From Nitrososphaerota archaeon (GTDB taxonomy: Archaea; Thermoproteota; Nitrososphaeria; Nitrososphaerales; UBA57), in contig PAVW01000014.1 in NCBI GenBank assembly GCA_002713205.1, positions 24,886 through 29,939 on the forward strand: 5,054 nucleotides of DNA. The letters are read 5' to 3'. Shown here one piece after another: positions 1 through 5,054 of the stretch (positions within the stretch are counted from its first letter, which is position 1; each line of letters opens with the position of its first letter). The notes below the pieces were generated by a model. That model saw nothing but the letters and a program-made list of their open reading frames with translations. It had not been told where the DNA came from and made no database searches. Made by a program: the position numbers and the translations under genes.

Positions 1-113
1 CCCGAGTCTCGTTGATCTGATATTAAATTATCTGACAAGATAGTATAAGATACACCAAGTACAATTACTATCGTAACCACCCAAAACAGATTTTTGCGAA
101 TAATACTAGCCAT
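1..113 (-). CDS. Partial CDS (5' end only; continues beyond the left window edge): hypothetical protein with an N-terminal membrane anchor
   Basis: The + strand reads cat at 111..113, which is ATG on the minus strand. My hand translation of the reverse strand is MASIIRKNLFWVVTIVIVLGVSYTILSDNLISDQRDSG, with no stop before position 1. A short basic N-terminus (RK) is followed by about 18 hydrophobic residues, which fits a signal anchor or TM helix. The ORF is too short to appear in the supplied ORF track. No family can be assigned from 37 residues. Confidence 0.4.
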   Translation of the reverse strand, partial: MASIIRKNLFWVVTIVIVLGVSYTILSDNLISDQRDS

Positions 114-171
114 TATAGGGTTTTAATTATCTTAATTAATCTAATTAGTTTTGCTAAGATAGGAAAAGAAA
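114..171. promoter_or_regulatory. Divergent intergenic/promoter region between the leftward partial CDS and the phosphohexomutase gene
   Basis: This 58-bp spacer between two divergent starts (ATG at 113 on the minus strand, TTG at 172 on the plus strand) is very AT-rich. It contains TATA-like runs (ttttaattat 121..130, ttaattaa 132..139, ctaattag 141..148). A purine-rich AGGA at 161..164 lies 7 nt before the TTG and could be a weak Shine-Dalgarno. The exact TATA/BRE and TSS cannot be fixed from sequence alone. Confidence 0.4.
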
Positions 172-1488
172 TTGAAATTTGGAACATCGGGTATAAGGGG
201 AGTTTTTGATAGTGAAATTAATAGTCGTGATATTATAAAACTGGCTGAATCAATCATAGGAAATAACATGGGTGAAAGGTTTTTTGTTGGATTTGATTCC
301 CGAAGAACTTCTATGTTATTTACGAATGTCCTGGTTTCTTCTTTAAGTTATTTTGGAAAAACAGTAGTAAATGGTGGTTGTTTACCAACACCAGTTATTG
401 CTTACTCAATCAAGAAAGGCAAATATGATATTGGTTTTTCAATCACAGCATCACATAATCCATCAGAATATGTGGGAATCAAAGTGTTTGATTCAAATGG
501 AATGGCTTTATCTGAAGAGAAGGAGAGCATGTTGGAAAATTATAATGAGCAATCAAAATCACCTGCAATAAAATTTGGAAAGATATTATATGATAGAAAT
601 TATGAAAATCAATACAAACACGAAATCACAAAAATGTTTTCCGGGACAAAAAGAAAATTCAATATACTAATCGATTGTTCAAATGGTGTAACAAATAATT
701 TTACGCCGGTAATTTTATCAAACTTGGGGCATAGTGTGACGTCATTAAACTCTCACCGCAGTCATTTGTTTCCTGGTCATAATCCCGAACCGATTCAAGA
801 AAACTTGGTGTCTACAATATCCCTTGTGAAAAAATCCAATTTCGATTTTGGATTTGTACATGATGGTGATGGTGACAGGTTAGTGATAATTACAAAAGAT
901 GGAATTGTTCCTGATTATATTTTTTCATATCTTATCATGTCAATAATTCTGGAAGAACGGAGAGGGGATGTGGTGATATCAATTAATTCGTCAAATTCCT
1001 TGGAAGAACTTGCATTGAAAAATTCCTGCAAGTCAATCAGAACTTGTTTGGGTAAAACGTTTATTTTATTGGATAAAAAATCTGGAGTTTTTGCAACAGA
1101 ACCTAGTAAGGTAATAGATCCTTTTTGGGGTCTGTGGGAAGATGGAATATATGCAGCGATAAAGCTCGTTCAATTCATGTCAAAAAATGACATTTCAATG
1201 CCTGAAATGATTAGTAAGTGTCCGAAACGCTACTACAACCAGAAGAATATTGCCGGAGTGTCATTGGATATTGAAAAAGTAAAGTCGGAATTCATAAGGA
1301 GATTCCAAGACAGGATATCAGGTATTCAAGAGATAGATGGTTTGAGATTCATATTGGATAAGGAAACATGGGTTCTGTTTAGGAGTTCGGGGACGGAAAG
1401 AAAAACTAGAATTTATGTAGAAAGTTCTGAGCAGACTCGAAGTAATCAATTGATGAACGAGTCGGAGAAAATTTTATCGGAATCTTAG
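172..1488 (+). CDS. Alpha-D-phosphohexomutase family enzyme (phosphoglucomutase/phosphomannomutase/phosphoglucosamine mutase type); substrate not resolvable from sequence
   Basis: The 438-aa ORF carries most family signatures. These are the N-terminal FGTSGIRG; the catalytic phosphoserine loop TASHNPSEYVGIK (Ser94 codon tca at 451..453); the metal-binding loop DGDGDR (862..879); and the phosphate-binding loop RSSGTE near the C-terminus. The TTG start at 172 is the first possible start after an in-frame TAG at 160..162. The first ATG (Met33) would remove the conserved GTSGIRG motif. Confidence 0.9.
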   Translation: MKFGTSGIRGVFDSEINSRDIIKLAESIIGNNMGERFFVGFDSRRTSMLFTNVLVSSLSYFGKTVVNGGCLPTPVIAYSIKKGKYDIGFSITASHNPSEYVGIKVFDSNGMALSEEKESMLENYNEQSKSPAIKFGKILYDRNYENQYKHEITKMFSGTKRKFNILIDCSNGVTNNFTPVILSNLGHSVTSLNSHRSHLFPGHNPEPIQENLVSTISLVKKSNFDFGFVHDGDGDRLVIITKDGIVPDYIFSYLIMSIILEERRGDVVISINSSNSLEELALKNSCKSIRTCLGKTFILLDKKSGVFATEPSKVIDPFWGLWEDGIYAAIKLVQFMSKNDISMPEMISKCPKRYYNQKNIAGVSLDIEKVKSEFIRRFQDRISGIQEIDGLRFILDKETWVLFRSSGTERKTRIYVESSEQTRSNQLMNESEKILSES

Positions 1489-3168
1489 TTTGAACAGTCT
1501 ACTGCCAATAAGAATTACTGACCATAGAAATGCAGTAAGGATTATACTTGTTGCGGCCAAAAGTTCAACACTTCCATTTACAAAAAGATCCCATAGAATA
1601 GCTGCAATTACTTCATTGTGTGGAGTTACCAAAAAGATAATGGAGCTTAGCTCCCTGAATGTTAAAACAAATATGTAAACCCATCCAGATAGCATTGCAG
1701 GTTTTAGAAGTGGTAATATAATTGTTCTAACAGTAGTTGGCCAGTTTGCACCAGTCACTGCGGAAGATTCTTCAAGTTCCCGTTGGATTTGAACTAGTGC
1801 TCCTGATGCAAATCTAATTCCTTGAGGCATGTACTTGACCAAGAATGCAAGTATTAGTACAAATATTGTTCCATAGATGCCTATTGGAATTGTCAGAAAG
1901 GTCCATAGCAACCCGAGGCCTAAGATGAATCCAGGAAATGCGAGTGGTAATGTACCAAATCCTTCCAGTAATACTGAACCCTTTATTTTTCGACGTTGTG
2001 ATACATAAGTCAGTATTGCTGCAATAACTACAACCAGAGTTGCGGAGATGAGTGACACGGTGATGCTGTTTATAAGGGCATTAACTATTCTTCTTTGTCC
2101 AAGAACTGTTTCATAGTGTTTGAATGTCAGGTTTCCAAACAAATTGGTTGGATCCCAAAATGGTTGTAATGAAAGAAGTAATACTGTTCCAAATACGACA
2201 AATATGTGGGTAAAAACGTAAGTTGCCAATATAGCAGTTCCAGCATATCTCCATTTTCCAAGTTTTAGGATTCCAGTACGATATCCCTTTCCAGTTATTA
2301 CTTGGTACTTTTCTCCGTGCTTGGTTGCCTTTCTGTACAGGTATACTGCTGTAAGTGTAATAACCAAAATTATGCTCGCGTATGCGGTGCCAAGTCCATA
2401 GCTGGGAGGTATATTCCAGACCACAGCTTGGTATATTTGGCTCATAAATACATCTATGCGCGCAGGAAGACCAATCATTGCGGGAGTTTCAAACGACTCG
2501 AATGCAAGGATAAACGTCAAAAGAAATACCGAAAGTATAGACGGTAGCATGAGAGGTATGGTAATTTTTCTGAAGATTGTGAAAAGTGACGAGCCTGCTA
2601 TGCGAGCTGTCTCTTCCAATGATGGATCCATTGTGTAAAACGCTGCCGATATTACAAGATATGCAAGAGGTACAAGTGATATTCCCATAACCCAAATCAT
2701 TCCGTACATGGTGTATATGCTGAACAACGGTTCGGTCGCGTTGAAGATGTTTCTATACCAGACGTTGACCAAACCTGAATTTGGGCTAAATAGATATATC
2801 CATGCCAAATTATCAACCATCCCTGGAAGGATGATAGGAAGTATCGGTATGAACCGGAATTGATTTCTTAGTGGTGCATCAGTCCTAGTTGTTATGAAAG
2901 CTAGCACTGTTGCAATTGAAACGCCAACAATTGCACTGCCAAGTGCATAGATTAGTGAATTCTTTAACAAGACATATGTCTTGGGATCAGAAAATGCAAA
3001 CTTGTAGTTGTCAAGTGTAAGATGTCCTTCTCCACCGGGATTTCCGCTCCAAAAACTTCCGAAAATCAAAAAAGAAACAGGATAGATAATCAACAATAAA
3101 ACAACCCCCAATAGTATGTAGAATGTTGCTGATGCAGGTGATATATTGGAGAGTTTGTTTTTTAGCAT
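1474..3168 (-). CDS. ABC transporter permease, fused two-domain (2 x MetI-like, roughly 12 TM) type resembling Fe3+/thiamine-family permeases (FbpB/ThiP-like); substrate uncertain
   Basis: The 564-aa ORF has an ATG start (cat at 3166..3168) and is highly hydrophobic, with many TM-length segments. It has two EAA-type cytoplasmic loop motifs: LEETARIAGSSLFTIFRKITIP (aa 184-205, nt 2554..2619) and LEESSAVTGANWPTTVRTIILPL (aa 465-487, nt 1708..1776). A basic inter-domain linker, YRKATKHGEKYQVITGKGYRTGILKLGKWRY, joins the two halves. This is the architecture of binding-protein-dependent importers with duplicated membrane domains. Confidence 0.88.
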   Translation of the reverse strand: MLKNKLSNISPASATFYILLGVVLLLIIYPVSFLIFGSFWSGNPGGEGHLTLDNYKFAFSDPKTYVLLKNSLIYALGSAIVGVSIATVLAFITTRTDAPLRNQFRFIPILPIILPGMVDNLAWIYLFSPNSGLVNVWYRNIFNATEPLFSIYTMYGMIWVMGISLVPLAYLVISAAFYTMDPSLEETARIAGSSLFTIFRKITIPLMLPSILSVFLLTFILAFESFETPAMIGLPARIDVFMSQIYQAVVWNIPPSYGLGTAYASIILVITLTAVYLYRKATKHGEKYQVITGKGYRTGILKLGKWRYAGTAILATYVFTHIFVVFGTVLLLSLQPFWDPTNLFGNLTFKHYETVLGQRRIVNALINSITVSLISATLVVVIAAILTYVSQRRKIKGSVLLEGFGTLPLAFPGFILGLGLLWTFLTIPIGIYGTIFVLILAFLVKYMPQGIRFASGALVQIQRELEESSAVTGANWPTTVRTIILPLLKPAMLSGWVYIFVLTFRELSSIIFLVTPHNEVIAAILWDLFVNGSVELLAATSIILTAFLWSVILIGSRLFKLRFR

Positions 3169-3196
3169 GTGGAATTATGTTTATCTCGTAAATTAT

Positions 3197-3206
3197 CTAT
3201 ATTAAA
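3197..3206 (-). promoter_or_regulatory. Putative archaeal TATA-box-like element upstream of the permease gene
   Basis: The minus strand reads GGTTTAATATAGATAATTT. The TTTAATATAG core lies 29-38 nt upstream of the permease ATG at 3168. That placement is compatible with a leaderless or very short-leader archaeal transcript. This is inferred only from AT-rich pattern and spacing. Confidence 0.3.
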
Positions 3207-3233
3207 CCTGTTAGAATTATCTTAATACAGGTT
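3205..3233. repeat. Perfect 7-bp inverted repeat (AACCTGT ... ACAGGTT) with a 15-nt loop; potential hairpin or operator between the small ORF and the permease gene
   Basis: aacctgt at 3205..3211 is the exact reverse complement of acaggtt at 3227..3233. The loop is 3212..3226 and contains the 12-mer aattatcttaat. On the minus strand the structure starts 5 nt after the TAG stop of the 87-aa ORF and abuts the TATA-like element. The repeat itself is certain, but its function is unknown. Confidence 0.5.
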
Positions 3234-3238
3234 AATGC

Positions 3239-3502
3239 CTAATTCTGTTTCTGTGTAGTGGATTTGTATAGTAAAAACAATATAGCAAGTATTACCAGTA
3301 ACAAAAGTCCGATCAATATTATGAATATATAATAAAGGACTCTGGATCCAGTTTGTGTACTGGGGGATAGGCATTCATCAACCAGAGCACATTCAGGCTC
3401 GGGATCAGGCATTTCGCTTTGGGCTTGTACACTACTAATGGATATCGGCATTATTAGTAAAAAACTGAGAAGAACAATCAAAAAATAGTATTTTGAAATC
3501 AA
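3239..3502 (-). CDS. Small (87 aa) hypothetical protein with a predicted signal peptide, a short acidic Cys-pair ectodomain and a C-terminal transmembrane anchor
   Basis: The N-terminus MISKYYFLIVLLSFLLIMPISISSVQA/QS looks like an n-h-c signal peptide with an AXA-like VQA site. The middle segment QSEMPDPEPECALVDECLSPSTQTGSR is non-repetitive and locally GC-richer. The C-terminus VLYYIFIILIGLLLLVILAILFLLY is a TM helix followed by the polar tail KSTTQKQN. The start is TTG (caa at 3500..3502 on the + strand), and the only in-frame ATG before the ectodomain, Met18, would remove the signal peptide. Without this ORF there would be a 370-bp non-coding gap in an otherwise compact region. Phe/Leu/Ile-rich ORFs can arise by chance in AT-rich DNA, so confidence is moderate. 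Confidence 0.55.
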   Translation of the reverse strand: MISKYYFLIVLLSFLLIMPISISSVQAQSEMPDPEPECALVDECLSPSTQTGSRVLYYIFIILIGLLLLVILAILFLLYKSTTQKQN

Positions 3503-3538
3503 ATTATACAGAATAAATTAACAGTATCGTTATTGAAG

Positions 3539-4603
3539 TTATTGATAATTGGTTTTAGGGAACACAAGTTTCTTTAATTCTTCAATGTTCTTTCCAGTTT
3601 TTGCAGAAATTACCATTGTCATATTACTATTTTGTAGATTCAGGCACTCTAATTGTTCATCTATTTGATCGTTTGTTAACAAATCCGATTTGTTCAACGC
3701 AAAATATATTTGATCGGTTTTAACTCCCAATTCATTAAGTGTCCTCATACAGCTCTTGAATTTCTTTTGTAGCTCAAGTGAATAATCATTAATGTCAACC
3801 ACTACGATGAGAATGTTTGTGAAAAGTAACTCTTCGAGTGTAGACTTGAACGCATCGATCATGTAAGCGGGCAGTTTGCTGATAAATCCCACAGTGTCTG
3901 AAAGCAAAAACGGTTCGCCGTTGATTGTAATACGTCTGGTAGTTGTGGAAAGAGTGGTGAACAGTTGTTTGCTTTGTTCATGGAACTCTCCTGTCATTTT
4001 ATTGAACAGTGTTGTCTTTCCCGATGAAGTGTAACCTGCAAGAGCTATGGTCTTGAATCCATGTCTCTCTCTTCCTTTACGATGTAGCTCCCTTTGTTTT
4101 CTTACCTTTTCGAGTTTTGGTTTTATGGTTTGCATTTTATTTTTAATATCAGTGTGGTATACATCAACTTCGAATTTTCCTATTCCCATAAATCCTGGTT
4201 GTTCCGCAATTTTAGTAAGGCGTACCTTTTCCTTTGCCCTTACCATTTCATATTTGAGTTTGGCCAACTTGACCTGCAGTTTTGACTCTTTGCTTGATGC
4301 TCTGTTCTCAAAGATCTCAAGTATAAGCGACTCCCTGTCCAAGATTTGTTTGCGTAAAGTTGATGCCAAGTTATAATTTTGGCGTGGTTTTAACAGTTCA
4401 TCGAAAATTATTACGTCTGGATTGAGATCTTTGGTGGTTTCCTTGAGTTTTTCCAAGACACCCGCACTTATCCCGTATTTTGGTTTTTTTAGGAATTTTT
4501 GCTTGATGGTGTGTATTATTTTATATCCTGCCGCGTCGCACAGACTGACGGCTTCGTTCAGTGCGTCGTGTCTGAGATATGTTATCAAAATTGCGGATTT
4601 CAT
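3539..4603 (-). CDS. hflX: GTPase HflX (ribosome-associated GTP-binding protein)
   Basis: The 354-aa ORF has an ATG start (cat at 4601..4603). The HflX N-terminal domain pattern is present: [55 protein letters not shown]. The G-domain motifs are G1 GYTSSGKT (nt 4013..4036), G2 region [10 protein letters not shown]3 DTVGF followed by the HflX-typical [19 protein letters not shown]4 NKSD and G5 SAK. A short form without a long C-terminal extension is usual for archaeal HflX. Confidence 0.93.
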   Translation of the reverse strand: MKSAILITYLRHDALNEAVSLCDAAGYKIIHTIKQKFLKKPKYGISAGVLEKLKETTKDLNPDVIIFDELLKPRQNYNLASTLRKQILDRESLILEIFENRASSKESKLQVKLAKLKYEMVRAKEKVRLTKIAEQPGFMGIGKFEVDVYHTDIKNKMQTIKPKLEKVRKQRELHRKGRERHGFKTIALAGYTSSGKTTLFNKMTGEFHEQSKQLFTTLSTTTRRITINGEPFLLSDTVGFISKLPAYMIDAFKSTLEELLFTNILIVVVDINDYSLELQKKFKSCMRTLNELGVKTDQIYFALNKSDLLTNDQIDEQLECLNLQNSNMTMVISAKTGKNIEELKKLVFPKTNYQ

Positions 4604-4614
4604 TTTATCAACTC

Positions 4615-5054
4615 TTAAGGATAAAAATGGTCTTTGATTTTCCCTTCATACATGGTAGGAATTTCCTTGAGCAAGAGTCGATGGAATTCAATAATCCTGT
4701 CGCTTTCATCATCAACATAATTTAATATTTTATCAAATTCCCCTGCGTCATAGTATTCCTTAGTATGCTTTCCTGATGGTTTGTTGACTAGAGAGCCCAA
4801 AGAGGAGCCTTTTAGTTTTCCCTTGTTGTTCAAAATTGCAATTACTCGTAAATCCACTGATGCGTGTTCGAATAAGTCAATGTACATGTAGTATAGTTTT
4901 CCACGTTCTAGAAAAAATTTTGCCTCAAAATTCAAATTGAAACCCATGAATACAGGAAATCCTTCTATGTTGTTCTTAAACTTAGAAAATTTTTCCAGTA
5001 TATCCTGTTCACTTGTCTCCCATTCCTTTAGAATTGTCAATTCTGATTTTTGTT
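4615..5054 (-). CDS. Hypothetical protein, probably N-terminally truncated by the window edge; possible RNase-H-fold (DnaQ/DEDD-like) exonuclease-related domain
   Basis: The ORF ends with TAA (tta at 4615..4617 on the + strand), 11 nt upstream of the hflX ATG. The ORF-track start at 5040 is a TTG, but the frame stays open to the window edge; 5041..5052 read ...QKSE on the minus strand. The segment [11 protein letters not shown]...[18 protein letters not shown] resembles the Exo II region of DnaQ-like nucleases (HN-A-x-FD-xx-FL) with Glu in place of Asp. [13 protein letters not shown] could be an Exo III-like Y-x3-(D/E). No Exo I (DxE) motif is visible, which is what would be expected if the N-terminus lies outside the window. 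The functional call is weak, while coding status is reasonably supported by length and by tight packing with hflX. Confidence 0.55.
   Translation of the reverse strand, partial: QKSELTILKEWETSEQDILEKFSKFKNNIEGFPVFMGFNLNFEAKFFLERGKLYYMYIDLFEHASVDLRVIAILNNKGKLKGSSLGSLVNKPSGKHTKEYYDAGEFDKILNYVDDESDRIIEFHRLLLKEIPTMYEGKIKDHFYP

Noticed and set aside
125-146. 22-bp imperfect palindrome AATTATCTTAA|TTAATCTAATT (9 of 11 arm positions pair) centred on TTAATTAA in the divergent promoter region, plus the 8-bp palindrome CTAATTAG at 141..148
   Set aside because: The DNA here is almost purely A/T, so each position pairs by chance about half the time. I estimate that one or more palindromes of this quality are expected by chance across the spacer, so this is not evidence for an operator.
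371-571. 66-aa + strand ORF in an alternative frame inside the phosphohexomutase gene
   Set aside because: It overlaps the region encoding the catalytic TASHNP loop in the true frame. Its product is low-complexity and has no independent support.
1451-1520. Possible C/D-box sRNA: TGATGA at 1451..1456 and CTGA at 1517..1520, about 60 nt apart; also CTGA motifs at 17..20 and 32..35
   Set aside because: The base before TGATGA is T rather than a purine, and the flanks (caat / ccat) cannot form a terminal stem. I found no internal C'/D' boxes, and the segment lies within two overlapping coding regions. The CTGA motifs near position 20 have no C box at all.
1490-2695. ORFs nested in or antisense to the permease gene (1490..1678 +, 2302..2547 +, 2456..2638 +, 2489..2695 -)
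   Set aside because: All are fully contained in the 564-aa permease ORF, which has clear duplicated EAA motifs and a TM pattern. The nested products are compositionally odd (Cys/Arg/Lys-rich) with no motifs, so they are most likely chance frames.
3503-3538. Possible independent promoter or terminator in the 36-nt hflX to mini-ORF spacer (minus strand TTAATTTATT; weak taac/gtta 4-bp stem)
   Set aside because: The T/A-rich run lies only 10-19 nt from the TTG start, too close for a standard archaeal TATA-to-TSS distance if TTG 3502 is the start. The stem is too weak to call, so I cannot distinguish read-through from re-initiation.
4047-4637. Three + strand ORFs antisense to hflX (4047..4376 109 aa, 4094..4285 63 aa, 4422..4637 71 aa)
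   Set aside because: They lie inside, or almost entirely inside, a strongly supported HflX gene. Their Phe/Leu/Ser/Cys-rich low-complexity products are what the antisense of a Lys/Glu-rich AT-rich gene yields. They carry no recognisable motifs.
3539-5054. The idea that the GTPase plus nuclease-like pair is a defence or toxin-type module
   Set aside because: The GTPase has the complete canonical HflX N-terminal domain and the HflX-specific post-G3 motif, so it looks like the housekeeping ribosome factor. No mobile-element, integrase, restriction-modification, toxin-antitoxin or other defence-island context is visible.
1-5054. Scan for tRNA/rRNA genes, CRISPR repeats, IS inverted repeats and long direct repeats
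   Set aside because: Non-coding space totals only about 175 nt, in four spacers of 58, 70, 36 and 11 nt. None has room for such elements. I saw no periodic repeat-spacer pattern or terminal inverted repeats by eye.

Overview
The window is AT-rich (roughly one-third G+C by eye), tightly packed, and looks like ordinary chromosomal core rather than an accessory island. It is probably archaeal. The FGTSGIRG-type phosphohexomutase N-terminus, a short (354 aa) HflX, tiny spacers and AT-rich TATA-like intergenic elements fit an AT-rich archaeon such as a Nitrososphaerota/Thaumarchaeota-like lineage, but that lineage assignment is a guess. From left to right the window contains: (1) the first 37 codons of a leftward membrane-anchored protein that runs off the left edge (1..113, -); (2) a 58-bp divergent promoter region; (3) an alpha-D-phosphohexomutase (PGM/PMM/GlmM family) with a well-supported TTG start (172..1488, +); (4) a fused two-domain, roughly 12-TM ABC permease of the Fe3+/thiamine (FbpB/ThiP-like) type (1474..3168, -), whose 3' end overlaps the mutase 3' end by 15 nt; (5) an 87-aa signal-peptide plus C-terminal-anchor mini-protein (3239..3502, -); (6) a canonical GTPase HflX (3539..4603, -); and (7) an upstream ORF 11 nt from hflX that is open to the right window edge and carries weak DnaQ/RNase-H-fold exonuclease-like motifs (4615..5054, -). 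I see no tRNA, rRNA, CRISPR array, IS or transposon ends, integrase or long repeats. I do not see convincing evidence for a novel multi-gene system. The points worth a second look are modest: the nuclease-like ORF coupled to hflX, the Cys-pair mini-protein upstream of a permease with no ATPase or binding-protein partner in view, a divergent sugar-binding loop in the mutase, a convergent gene overlap, and a 12-mer shared by two intergenic regions, one copy of which sits in a hairpin loop.
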